A DNA stretch of 64,000 bases from Laetmonice hystrix (GCA_965235115.1 OZ249436.1:8310001-8374000); one strand, 5' to 3'; shown: positions 30,001-42,091, counted from the first letter of the stretch. Notes: a model not told the origin generated them from the letters alone. Program-made: numbers and translations.

Positions 30001-32080
30001 ACAGTGAGGTAGTGGAAATGAAAGGTACAGGCGAGGACCATCAAATGTTAAAATCTGGAGAAGATACTCCAATGGGAAGTATACACATCACAACCATATA
30101 TCTGTAGCGAACGTACGAGACCTATACGTTTGACAGTTATACATCTGGCCTAAGAATCATAACTTTGGGGGGCGTAGTTTCAATTTGACGTATCAGAAAT
30201 GTAGCCATTTTTCGCTTCTCATTGCTTTAACCTAAGAGCCACAGGTGCCCGCCAGCCCGGCCAGGTATACGTGGTGATTCCACCGGTAGCCGGAAGATGG
30301 CAGTGCAGTCGCCGCCCCCGTGCCGCTTCAGTAGAGCTGCACTGCACCCTGGTGATTCTTGTCTGCAACATCTCTGTACTCTTTCTTTGTTTGTTTCTTA
30401 CTTGGGGATGGGATGTCTGATATAGAAAAGCCGTACAACGTCATTTGCCATTGTTAATTAAGCCTTTACGGCAAACAGTCATTGGGACGACCTGACAACG
30501 TTGGCGCACGCTTACAGATGGTCTGTAGGGGACACAGATTAGATGGGAGTAGATGATAGACGAAACGTATGGCCTGCCTCCTGGACAATAAAGGCATGGA
30601 AACTGAAACATGAGGCGTCCCTATATTACTGGCTACTGTTGTATTCAAGCAAACGGTACAGGGAGGACAAACAGTACAGTGAGGAATCGCTACAAGGTAC
30701 TGGCTGGCCTAGCACCCAAGCGAACACTACAGTGAGGCCAAAGAGTACAGTCAGGCCAAACAGCCAAGCAGTGTGGGCGGCCAACCAGTAGAGTGACAAC
30801 TCCCTACATCTTACCGACTGGCCTAGTAGCCGTGCAAACACTACAGTGAGGTAGTGGAAATGAAAGGTACAGGCGAGGACCATCTAATGTTAAAATCTGG
30901 AGAAGATACTCCAATGGGAAGTATAGGCCTACACATCACAACCATATCTGTAGCGAACGTACGAGACCTATACGTTTGACAATTATACATAATGCCTAAT
31001 AATCATAACTTCATGGGGCGTAGTTTCAATTTGACGTATCAGAAATGTAGCCAATTTTTGCTTCTCATTGCTTTAACCTAAGAGCCACAGGTGCCCGCCA
31101 ACCCGGCCAGGTATACGTGGTGATTCCACCACTAGCCGGAAGATGGCAGTGCAGTCGCCGCCTTCGCCGCTGCGTCAGTTGAGCTGCACCCTGGTGTTTC
31201 TTGCCTGCAACATCTCTGTACTCTTTCTTTGTTTGTTTCTTACTTGGGGATGGGATATCTGATATAGAAAAGGCGTACAACGTCATTTGTCATTGTTAAC
31301 TAAACCTTTACGGCAAACAGTCATTGGGACGACCTGACAACGTTGTCGGACGCTTACAGATGGTCTGTAGGGGACACAGATTAGATGGGAGGAGTTGATA
31401 GACGAAACGTAGAGATCTATGGCATGCCTCATGGACAATAAAGGCATGGAAACATGAAACATGAGGCGTCCCTATATTACTGGCCACTGTTGTATTCAAC
31501 CAAACGGTACAGTAAGGACAAACAGTACAGTGAGGAATCGCTACAAGGTACTGGCTGGCCTAGCACCCAAGCAAACTACAATGAGGCCAAAGAGTACAGT
31601 CAGGCCAAGCAGTACACTGTCAGGCCAAGCAGTGTGCGCGGCCAACCAGTAGAGTGACAAGTCCCTACATCTTACCGACTGGCCTAGTAGCCATGCAAAC
31701 ACTACAGTGAGGTAGTGGAAATGAAAGGTACAGGCGAGGAGCATCTAATGTTAAAATCTGGAGAAGATCCTCAAATGGGAGGTATACACATCACAATCAT
31801 ATATCTGTAGCGAACGTACGAGACCTATAGGTTTGACAGTTATACATCTGGCCTAAGAATCATAACTTTGGAGGGCGTAGTTTCAATTTGACGTATCAGA
31901 AATGTAGCCATTTTTCGCGTCTCATTGCTTTAACCTAAGAGCTACAGGTGCCCGCCAGCCCGGCCAGGTATACGTGGTGATTCCACCGGTAGCCGGAAGA
32001 TGGCAGTGCAGTCGCCGGCCCCGTGCCGCTTCAGTAGAGCTGCGCTGCACCCTGGTGTTTCTTGCCTGCAACATCTCTGT

Positions 32081-32539
32081 TAGCCGGGTCCCCAGCTCTA
32101 TATTAACTTCGTATAGAGCCTGGTGATGGCCAATCGAAGCAAGCGTTGTGATTCGCCCATCGAAAACATGGACGCAAACGAGGTATAGTTCCGTACCGTC
32201 CGTATTTCTCCAACAAGACACAAATATTTTCGTCAATCCAAAAAAATACAAGTGTTAAATGTCCTCGCTTTTCTGGATGTAAACATAGCGTCAGCAGTCC
32301 CCACACCTGCTACGGTCTGCATACGCAGGGGCATGTTGCTATTGTTGGCCACTCCCGGCCACGCTCCAAGCAGAAGTCAATCACTCTGTTAACGCTGACC
32401 AACGGACCGGAGGCGGAAGTGATTAGCTCCGAGGCGGAAGTGCTTGGAGATCACCACTTCCGTTTTACAGCTTTCTGTTAGCCATCACCGGGCCTAACAT
32501 CAAGCGGATGCGTATGGTAAGGCACCGGGGACCAGGCTA
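32081..32539. mobile_element. 459-bp non-autonomous TIR DNA transposon inserted in a satellite monomer (TAG termini, 9-bp TSD; possibly AcademH-like)
   Basis: Ends TAGCCGGGTCCCC / GGGGACCAGGCTA (one mismatch). Flanked by CATCTCTGT at 32072-32080 and 32540-32548, which occurs once in uninterrupted related monomers. Inner inverted repeat GCCTGGTGATGGCCAA / TTAGCCATCACCGGGC. Superfamily assignment is tentative. Confidence 0.9.
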
Positions 32540-33401
32540 CATCTCTGTACTCTTTCTTTGTTTGTTTCTTACTTGAGGATGGGATATCTGATATAGAAAA
32601 GGCGTACAACGTCATTTGCCATTGTTAACTAAGCCTTTACGGCAAACAGTCATTGGCACGAACTGACAACGTTGTCGCACGCTTACAGATGGTCTGTAGG
32701 GGACACAGATTAGATGGGAGTAGATGATAGACGAAACGTATGGCCTGCCTCATGGACAATAAAGGCATGGAAACATGAAACATGAGGCGTCCCTATATTA
32801 CTGGCCACTGTTGTATTCAACCAAACGGTACAGTAAGGACAAACAGTACAGTGAGGAATCGCTACAAGGTACTGGCTGGCCTAGCACCCAAGCAAACTAC
32901 AATGAGGCCAAAGAGTACAGTCAGGCCAAGCAGTACACTGTCAGGCCAAGCAGTGTGCGCGGCCAACCAGTAGAGTGACAAGTCCCTACATCTTACCGAC
33001 TGGCCTAGTAGCCATGCAAACACTACAGTGAGGTAGTGGAAATGAAAGGTACAGGCGAGGAGCATCTAATGTTAAAATCTGGAGAAGATCCTCAAATGGG
33101 AGGTATACACATCACAATCATATATCTGTAGCGAACGTACGAGACCTATAGGTTTGACAGTTATACATCTGGCCTAAGAATCATAACTTTGGAGGGCGTA
33201 GTTTCAATTTGACGTATCAGAAATGTAGCCATTTTTCGCGTCTCATTGCTTTAACCTAAGAGCTACAGGTGCCCGCCAGCCCGGCCAGGTATACGTGGTG
33301 ATTCCACCGGTAGCCGGAAGATGGCAGTGCAGTCGCCGGCCCCGTGCCGCTTCAGTAGAGCTGCGCTGCACCCTGGTGTTTCTTGCCTGCAACATCTCTG
33401 T

Positions 33402-33860
33402 TAGCCGGGTCCCCAGCTCTATATTAACTTCGTATAGAGCCTGGTGATGGCCAATCGAAGCAAGCGTTGTGATTCGCCCATCGAAAACATGGACGCAAAC
33501 GAGGTATAGTTCCGTACCGTCCGTATTTCTCCAACAAGACACAAATATTTTCGTCAATCCAAAAAAATACAAGTGTTAAATGTCCTCGCTTTTCTGGATG
33601 TAAACATAGCGTCAGCAGTCCCCACACCTGCTACGGTCTGCATACGCAGGGGCATGTTGCTATTGTTGGCCACTCCCGGCCACGCTCCAAGCAGAAGTCA
33701 ATCACTCTGTTAACGCTGACCAACGGACCGGAGGCGGAAGTGATTAGCTCCGAGGCGGAAGTGCTTGGAGATCACCACTTCCGTTTTACAGCTTTCTGTT
33801 AGCCATCACCGGGCCTAACATCAAGCGGATGCGTATGGTAAGGCACCGGGGACCAGGCTA
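33402..33860. mobile_element. Second, apparently identical copy of the 459-bp TIR element
   Basis: Same termini, same CATCTCTGT TSD and same position in the monomer, 1321 bp downstream of the first copy. Confidence 0.9.
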
Positions 33861-36800
33861 CATCTCTGTACTCTTTCTTTGTTTGTTTCTTACTTGAGGA
33901 TGGGATATCTGATATAGAAAAGGCGTACAACGTCATTTGCCATTGTTAACTAAGCCTTTACGGCAAACAGTCATTGGCACGAACTGACAACGTTGTCGCA
34001 CGCTTACAGATGGTCTGTAGGGGACACAGATTAGATGGGAGTAGTACACTGTCAGGCCAAGCAGTGTGCGCGGCCAACCAGTAGAGTGACAAGTCTCTAC
34101 ATCTTACCGACTGGCCTAGTAGCCATGCAAACAGTACAGTGAGGTAGTGGAAATGAAAGGTACAGGCGAGGAGCATCTAATGTTAAAATCTGGAGAAGAT
34201 CCTCAAATGGGAGGTATACACATCACAATCATATATCTGTAGCGAACGTACTAGACCTATAGGTTTGACAGTTATAGATCTGGCCTAAGAATCATAACTT
34301 TGGAGGGCGTAGTTTCAATTTGACGTATCAGAAATGTAGCCATTTTTCGCGTCTCATTGCTTTAACCTAAGAGCTACAGGTGCCCGCCAGCCCGGCCAGG
34401 TATACGTGGTGATTCCACCGGTAGCCGGAAGATGGCAGTGCAGTCGCCGCCCCGTGCCGCTTCAGTAGAGCTGCGCTGCACCCTGGTGTTTCTTGCCTGC
34501 AACATCTCTGTACTCTTTCTTTGTTTGTTTCTTACTTGAGGATGGGATATCTGATATAGAAAAGGCGTACAACGTCATTTGCCATTGTTAACTAAGCCTT
34601 TACGGCAAACAGTCATTGGGACGACCTGGCGACGTTGTCGCACGCTTACAGATGGTCCGTAGGGGACACAGATTAGATGGGAGTAGATGCTAGACGAAAC
34701 GTATGGCCTGCCTCCTGGACAATAAAGGCATGGAAACATGAAACATGAGGCGTCCCTATATTACTGGCTACTGTTGTATTCAAGCAAACGGTACAGGGAG
34801 GACAAACAGTACAGTGAGGAATCGCTACAAGGTACTGGCTGGTCTAGCACCCAAGCGAACACTACAGTGTGGCCAAAGAGTACAGTCAGGCCAAACAGCC
34901 AAGCAGTGTGGGCGGCCAACCAGTAGAGTGACAAGTCCCTCCATCTTACCGACTAGTCCAGTAGCCATGCAAACACTATGTACAGTGATGTAGTGGAAAT
35001 GAAAGGTACAGGCGAGGACCATCAAATGTTAAAATCTGGAGAAGATACTCTATCAATGGGAAGTATACACATCACAACCATATATCTGTAGCGAACGTAC
35101 GAGACCTATACGTTTGACAGTTATACATCTGGCCTAAGAATCATAACTTTGGAGGCCGTAGTTACAATTTGACGTCTCAGAAATGTAGTCATTTTTCGCT
35201 TCTCATTGCTTTAACCTAAGAGCCACAGGTGCCCGCCAGCCCGGCCAGGTATACGTGGTGATTCCACCGGTAGCCGGAAGATGGCAGTGCAGTCGCCGCT
35301 TTCGCCGCCGCTTCAGTAGAGCTGCGCTGCACCCTGGTGTTTCTTGCCTGCAAGATCTCTGTACTCTTTCTTTGTTTGTTTCTTACTTGGGGATGGGATA
35401 TCTGATATAGAAAAGGCGTACAACGTTATTTGCCATTGTTAACTAAGCCTTTACGGCAAACAATCATTGGGACGACCTTACAACGTTGTCTCACGCTTAC
35501 AGATGGTCTGTAGGGGACACAGATTAGATTGGAGTAGATGATAGACGAAACGTAAGGCCTGCCTCCTGGACAATAAAGGCATGGAAACATGAAACATGAG
35601 GCGTCCCTATATTACTGGCTACTGTTGTATTCAAGCAAACGGTACAGGGAGGACAAACAGTACAGTGAGGAATCGCTACAAGGTACTGGGTGGCCTAGCA
35701 CCCAAGCGAACACTACAGTGAGGCCAAAGAGTACAGTCAGGCCAAACAGCCAAGCAGTGTGGGCGGCCAACCAGTAGAGTGACAAGTCCCTACATCTTAC
35801 CGACTGGCCTAGTAGCCGTGCAAACACTACAGTGAGGTAGTGGAAATGAAAGGTACAGGCGAGGACCATCTAATGTTAAAATCTGGAGAAGATACTCCAA
35901 TGGGAAGTATACACATCACAACCATATCTGTAGCGAACGTACGAGACCTATACGTTTGACAATTATACATAATGCCTAATAATCATAACTTCATGGGGCG
36001 TAGTTTCAATTTGACGTATCAGAAATGTAGCCAATTTTTGCTTCTCATTGCTTTAACCTAAGAGCCACAGGTGCCCGCCAACCCGGCCAGGTATACGTGG
36101 TGATTCCACCGCTAGCCGGAAGATGGCAGTGCAGTCGCCGCCTTCGCCGCTGCGTCAGTAGAGCTGCACCCTGGTGTTTCTTGCCTGCAACATCTCTGTA
36201 CTCTTTCTTTGTTTGTTTCTTACTTGGGGATGGGATATCTGATATAGAAAAGGCGTACAACGTCATTTGTCATTGTTAACTAAACCTTTACGGCAAACAG
36301 TCATTGGGACGACCTGACAACGTTGTCGGACGCTTACAGATGGTCTGTAGGGGACACAGATTAGATGGGAGTAGATGAAAGACGAAACGTATGGCCTGGC
36401 TCCTGGACAATAAAGGCATGGAAACATGAAACATGAGGCGTCCCTATATTACTGGCCACTGTTGTATTCAACCAAACGGTACAGTAAGGACAAACAGTAC
36501 AGTGAGGAATCGCTACAAGGTACTGGCTGGCCTAGCACCCAAGCAAACTACAATGAGGCCAAAGAGTACAGTCAGGCCAAGCAGTGTGCGCGGCCAACCA
36601 GTAGAGTGACAAGTCCCTACATCTTACCGACTGGCCTAGTAGCCATGCAAACACTACAGTGAGGTAGTGGAAATGAAAGGTACAGGCGAGGAGCATCTAA
36701 TGGTAAAATCTGGAGAAGATCCTCAAATGGGAGGTATACACATCACAATCATATATCTGTAGCGAACGTACGAGACCTATAGGTTTGACAGTTATAGATC

Positions 36801-37754
36801 TGGCCTAAGAATCATAACTTTGGAGGGCGTAGTTTCAATTTGACGTATCAGAAATGTAGCCATTTTTCGCGTCTCATTGCTTTAACCTAAGAGCTACAGG
36901 TGCCCGCCAGCCCGGCCAGGTATACGTGGTGATTCCACCGGTAGCCGGAAGATGGCAGTGCAGTCGCCGCCCCCGTGCCGCTTCAGTAGAGCTGCGCTGC
37001 ACCCTGGTGTTTCTTGCCTGCAACATCTCTGTACTCTTTCTTTGTTTGTTTCTTACTTGGGGATGGGATATCTGATATAGAAAAGGCGTACAACGTCATT
37101 TGCCATTGTTAACTAAACCTTTACGGCAAACAGTTATTGGGACGACCTGACAACGTTGTCGAACGCTCACAGATGGTCTGTAGGGGACAGAGATTAGATG
37201 GGAGTAGATGAAAGACGAAACGTATGGCCTGGCTCCTGGACAATAAAGGCATGGAATCACGAAATATGAGGCGTTCCTATATTACTGGATACTGTTGTAT
37301 TCAAGCAAACGGTACAGGGAGGACAAACAGTACAGTGAGGAATCGCTACAAGGTACTGGCTGGCCTAGCACCCAAGCGAACACTACAGTGAGGCCAAAGA
37401 GTACAGTCAGGGCAAACAGTACACTGTGAGGCCAAGCAGTGTGGGCGGCCAACCAGTAGAGTGACAAGTCCCTACATCTTACCGACTGACCTAGTAGCCA
37501 TGCAAACACTACAGTGAGGTAGTGGAAATGAACGGTACAGGCGAGGACCATCTAATGTTAAAATCTGGAGAAGATACTCAAATGGGAAGTATACACATCA
37601 CAACCATATATCTATAGCGAACGTACGAGACCCATACGTTTGAAAGTTATACATCTGGCCTAAGAAAATATGGATTCCGTCTCATCTCGGAAGATGTGTG
37701 TAGGGGGGAGGGTCCATTTTCCTGCTCGTCCACCAAAGCTTCCTTTTTAGGGAA

Positions 37755-37865
37755 GTGGCGGTGGCCAAGTTGGCATGGGCGTCGATACCTTATGCTATGC
37801 GAATGGGTGCAGTAATCTTGGGGCCGGGGTTCGATTCCTGTAGAGGACTATACAAATTTTCTCTT
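37755..37865 (+). mobile_element. tRNA-derived (SINE head-like or pseudo-tRNA) sequence with Pol III A and B boxes
   Basis: A box TGGCCAAGTTGG at 37762-37773, B box GGTTCGATTCC at 37828-37838, followed by a T-run. Acceptor and T stems do not pair properly, so it is not a functional tRNA. Lies in a ~209-bp insert (37667-37875) that is absent from other monomers. Confidence 0.6.
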
Positions 37866-37899
37866 TAGGGACATTATCATAACTTTAGGGGGCGTAGTC

Positions 37900-38024
37900 T
37901 CTGTAAGCGTCCGACAACGTTGTCAGGTCGTCCCAATGGCTGTTTGCAGTAAAGGTTTAATTAACAATGGCAAATGACGTTGTATGCCTTTACTATATCA
38001 GACATCCCAATCCCAAGTAAAAAA
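37900..38024 (-). repeat. Inverted ~125-bp fragment of the satellite monomer
   Basis: TCTGTAAGCGTCCGACAACGTTGTCAGGTCGTCCCAATG...ATCCCAAGTAA is the reverse complement (with several mismatches) of the monomer segment TTACTTGGGGATGGGATATCTG...ACGCTTACAGA. Confidence 0.92.
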
Positions 38025-38085
38025 GATACGTTGTGGTGATATCACAATGGATCCCATCCCCGGGATGTCCCGTCCAACATGTTAA

Positions 38086-39776
38086 AGGTGTATTTTATGG
38101 GAAAAAGTGACAAATCGGTATTTCAAAGAACTTTTGCTGTTTCCATGAAGAGATCCTTCATTAAAATTGACTGGTAAACAGAGACAGACATATCATTTTT
38201 ATTTTGCGTGAGAAATCGAAGTTTTTGGAGCCCCCTTCTGACCGTCTGGGAAAACTGCTCCGCCCACCGTTTGCACGTGGCTTTTGTTGACACACGTGAT
38301 ACGCAGAACCCTCGCGCATGCTCAGACGGTTTGTTTTGAAGCGTTTCACATGGCTACGAACGGGATGGAGATGGCGAGTATAAACGCCAAACATTTCGTG
38401 TGTACGTTTAGTTTTATCAGTCAGGAAATTGTCTGACACTCGATCGTGGTGGAAGGAATCGGGAATAGCGGCTCCGTACGTACCTACCGACCGTGTCCCG
38501 TGTGTCCACCCCCGCTCCCCCAAGACACACAGCCTCACCTGTCACCGTCACCGCTACCGGCCGCTGGTGCCACCCAACGACCCCGCCAACCTCGCCAGCG
38601 GCCCCCTGCCTTGGTTTCCAAGATTGACTTGCTGTCTTTTCCAACTTCTGTATCTTTCTTTCCTTGCCCGCTTCACTGCTGATTCCGTAAAATATTTTTT
38701 GGGTGGCATTTTGATGCGAACGATAAGCAGAGTGCAGAGCTCTGCTGAATTGTTTACAACTTATGCCCCAGTCACACCTTCCCGTTTCTCACGGCGATTG
38801 TACACGATTGTACACGATTGGTAAAGCTGGTTTGATCGCCATGATACGGGAGGAAATGACCGTCTCCATCCCGTACACACACCGTCAATAACGCTTCTAC
38901 GGCGCTTCGGGGGCGTTCGTCCCGCTTGAATTACGTCAATACCACGATATGACAAGTTCTCCATCCCGCTGACACCCCGTCAGCCCCGTTTGCACCCCGT
39001 TTGAGCCCCGTCCACTCAGTTTGCTTCACGTAAGACCCGATCGAGCCCCGTTGCTTGCGTTTGCTCTGAACGGGACACAATCGGGGCACAATCGGATATG
39101 TCGTTGTCAATCGTCCTCAGAAAGCTTTCCGGATTGAGCCACGATCAGCCCGATTGAGCCCCGTACATGCCACGCTAATACCGTTCGCTTTAGGACTATG
39201 TTAGGCTTCCACCCCGCTGTGCCGAGAATGGCGATTCTCCACGACAGTTTTGGACAGTTCAAAACAATCGGGACCCTTCCCCGTTCCCCGGCGTTCGTCC
39301 ACGACTTTACAACGCTGATCCAGATCACGTAAGGTATGCGCTCCGACCAAGCACGTTTCACCAGGATTATGACAATCGTGCACAATCGCCGTGAGAAACG
39401 GGAAGGTGTGACTGGGGCATAAGCGAAGCACGTGACCAAGCACCCAGTGACCCACTCTCCAACGACAGAGGTCAGAGGTCGTGCATGCGCGGTGGGAACA
39501 AGTTTGCCAAACACCTGTAGAGTGCACAAACAGGATGTGACGCAGTACGCGATTACACGGGTTGGTGGGAGGTTGTCTCCTAAATTATGGCGGGAGATGT
39601 CCTATCGTGAGAAATCTATTGGTTTGGTCGAATAGAATCTACTTGTGCTGCATACGCAGCGAAAACACGTCGGAGGACAAAATGCTGTGGTAGGATTATT
39701 TACTTAGTCCCCTAGTACACGGTCATGTTGGATAATCGCCGGAAATCCTCAAAAACGTACATTTTAGCATGCCTCT
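38086..39776. mobile_element. TTAA-flanked non-autonomous DNA transposon, Kolobok-like (AG...CT termini)
   Basis: TTAA at 38082-38085 and 39777-39780, degenerate TIRs AGGTGTATTTTA / TTAGCATGCCTCT. Both ends align with the shorter copy at 42772-43308. Confidence 0.75.
38764..39419. mobile_element. PIF/Harbinger-like MITE nested in the Kolobok-like element
   Basis: Long near-perfect TIR TGCCCCAGTCACACCTTCCCGTTTCTCACGGCGATTGT / ACAATCGCCGTGAGAAACGGGAAGGTGTGACTGGGGCA, flanked by TTA and TAA. The empty site TTTACAAC-TAA-GTGAAGCAC is seen in the paralog near 43005-43023. Confidence 0.85.
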
Positions 39777-39858
39777 TTAAGAGAAGCGATAACAATGGTG
39801 CTATCATGCACCCGTGACGACTTATAAGCCTAAGAAGATGCAAATTATGTCATTATGA

Positions 39859-40200
39859 CAAATGAAAGAGAATATGACTTCCCATTAGTGTCTAATAGTA
39901 ATCATGGCTCTAACTTCAACCAGTTACAAGTTATATCCCTGAGAAAATATGGATGACATCGTTATGACGTCATCGGTCACATGACCTGAAAAATAATGGT
40001 GCCAAATGAAAGAGCATATATGACTTCCTATTAGTGTTTAATAGTAACTATGGCTCTAACTTCAACCATTTACAAGTTATATCCCTGAGAAAGTATGGTT
40101 GACATTGTTATGACGTCACAGGTCACGTGACCTGAAAAATAACGGTGCCAAATGAAAGAGCATATATAGGACTTCCTATTCGTCTTTAATAGTAACTATG
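39859..40200. repeat. ~145-bp tandem repeat (2 full copies and 1 partial) inside the HINE-like element
   Basis: CAAATGAAAGAG...GACTTCCYATT...TAATAGTAA recurs at ~39859, ~40003 and ~40149. Confidence 0.8.
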
Positions 40201-40292
40201 TTTAGAAGTTGTAGCCATAGATAGCTAAACTGACCACTGTTGAAAACTTCAAGGTCACGTGATTCAGCGAATATAGTTCTGATTCTATGGAT

Positions 40293-40347
40293 GAAGAAGA
40301 AGAAGAAGAAGAAGAAGAAGAAGAAGAAGAAGAAGAAGAAGAAGAAG
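40293..40347 (+). repeat. (GAA)18 microsatellite
   Basis: Uninterrupted GAA run. Confidence 0.97.
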
Positions 40348-40807
40348 CGATTTAACCAATTTGTAAGGTGAGGCCCAGTTCTCCCAAAGGTCAAAGGTCA
40401 AATGAAGGCTCAATTTTAAGCATGACCCATGCCTGATTATAGCACCATGATGGGTTTTAGAAATTCTCAATATGAGCTTAAAAAAAGGCCTCAATGTACA
40501 AATCACGTTTGACGTCATGATGCCATGACGTTACGTCACGTGACGTCATAACTCATTGTCTGACCAGACTTCGTCATGGTCAAGATGCCTACCAAGTTTG
40601 GTTGAGATATCTTGAAAACTGACTGAGATAGACATACTGTATACTACTACTACTACAACGCAAAAGCCATACAATTTCAAGATCCCATCCCCCTGTAAGG
40701 GGATGGGATAATGAACTTAATCATGCAGCGTTGGACGACTACATTTAGGCCTAATTTCTCTGAAAACCGGCCCGCCATGTGTCGTTATACAGGGTGGAGA
40801 ACATGGA

Positions 40808-42091
40808 CTGTGACAGATACACAATCCCTGTATAGTCTATACACTGTGACAGATACACAATCCCTGTATCGCCTATACACTGTGACAGATACACAATCCC
40901 TGTATAGCCTATACAATGTGACAGATACACAATCCCTGTATAGCCTATACACTGTGACAGATACACAATCCCTGTATAGCCAGTGGGGGATCCAGGATTT
41001 TGATAAGGGGGGGGGGGCCCACCTGAAAATTTTTTTAGCCTCGGTACGCTCGATATGATTTTATTGCGCTTATAGCCATTTTGGGCCCCTTTTGATCTAT
41101 TTCAATGCGCAACGGCCCAGAGTTACGTTGCTCCTGGATTACTGAGGAGGCCCCTTTTGTCCCGGTGTTACTATCATGTATAATATAGAAGGCTTTTTTA
41201 AAAGAATTTTGTTGGAATACTGGTTTCAGGGTCCGAATAATGCATCTTCTTAAAAAAAAGCGGGGAAAAGGAAAATTTAAGGGGGGGCCGGGCCCCTTGG
41301 CCCCCCTGGATCCCCCAGTGATAGCCTATACACTGTGACAGATACACAATCCCTGTATAGCCTACTGTGACAGATACACAATCCCTGTAAAGCCTACACT
41401 GTGACAGATACACAATCCCTGTATAGCCTACACTGTGACAGATACACAATCCCTGTATAGCCTATACACTCACTGTGACAGATAGACAATCCCTGTATCG
41501 CCTATACACTGTGACAGATACACAATCCCTGTATAGCCTATACACTGTGACAGATACACAATCCCTGTATAGCCTATACACTGTGACAGATACACAATCC
41601 CTGTATAGCCTATACACTGTGACAGATACACAATCCCTGTATAGCCTATACACTGTGACAGATACACAATCCCTGTATAGCCTATACAATGTGACAGATA
41701 CACAATCCCTGTATAGCCTATACACTCACTGTGACAGATACACAATCCCTGTATAGCCTATACACTGTGACAGATACACAATCCCTGTATAGCCTATACA
41801 CTGTGACAGATACACAATCCCTGTATAGCCTATACAATGTGACAGATACACAATCCCTGTATAGCCTATACACTCACTGTGACAGATACACAATCCCTGT
41901 ATAGCCTATACACTGTGACAGATACACAATCCCTGTATCGCCTCTACACTGTGACAGATACACAATCCCTGTATCGCCTATACACTGTGACAGATACACA
42001 ATCCCTGTATAGCCTATACACTGTGACAGATACACAATCCCTGTATCGCCTATACACTGTGACAGATACACAATCCCTGTATCGCCTCTAC
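40808..42091. repeat. 36-bp minisatellite (CTGTGACAGATACACAATCCCTGTATAGCCTATACA)n, interrupted by a MITE
   Basis: Direct tandem copies with small indel variants on both sides of the 40981-41320 insert. Confidence 0.97.
40981..41320. mobile_element. 340-bp hAT-like MITE with a 5-bp TSD
   Basis: TIR CAGTGGGGGATCCAG / CTGGATCCCCCAGTG. ATAGC is duplicated on both sides within a minisatellite unit. Subterminal G/C runs are present. Confidence 0.8.

Larger units (their letters stand above)
1..37898. repeat. Large tandem satellite array, ~44 monomers of ~840-860 bp, truncated by the left window edge
   Basis: The same landmark (GGAAACATGAAACAT) recurs near 184, 1028, 1880, 2727, 3564, 4408 ... 35589, 36426, with a diverged last copy at ~37259. 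Monomers are near-identical head-to-tail. Last monomer-derived bases ATCATAACTTTAGGGGGCGTAGT are at 37876-37898. Confidence 0.98.
38025..40711 (-). mobile_element. Helentron-associated (HINE / DINE-1 / pearl-like) non-autonomous element containing nested insertions
   Basis: On the minus strand the 5' end reads TT-ATCCCATCCCC-TTACAG-GGGGATGGGAT (11-bp subterminal repeat folded with its complement, 40682-40709), followed by a (GTA)n microsatellite. The 3' end has the matching GGGGATGGGAT (38061-38051), a short TTGTG/CACAA hairpin and a T-run. It contains internal tandem repeats. The interior may be a composite of more than one element. Confidence 0.65.

Noticed and set aside
184..37551. Repeated short ORFs in the satellite (MKHEASLYYW..., MVLACTFHF..., MTYQKCSH...)
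   Set aside because: 60-110 aa with no recognisable domain. Stops and frameshifts occur freely among copies (e.g. TAA in the copies at ~184, ~6852 and ~8548). Their recurrence only reflects the DNA repeat.
1..37666. 5S rRNA, snRNA, spliced-leader or histone tandem cluster
   Set aside because: No 5S or tRNA internal promoter and no histone ORF. Only a short TCGCTTCTC resemblance to the U2 5' end, with no continuation. An Rfam search would be needed to fully exclude a divergent ncRNA.
37755..37850. Functional tRNA gene
   Set aside because: A and B boxes are present, but the acceptor and T stems do not pair and no anticodon arm is identifiable.
40808..42091. 36-bp repeats as a CRISPR array
   Set aside because: Units are directly adjacent with no unique spacers, there are no cas genes, and the context is eukaryotic.
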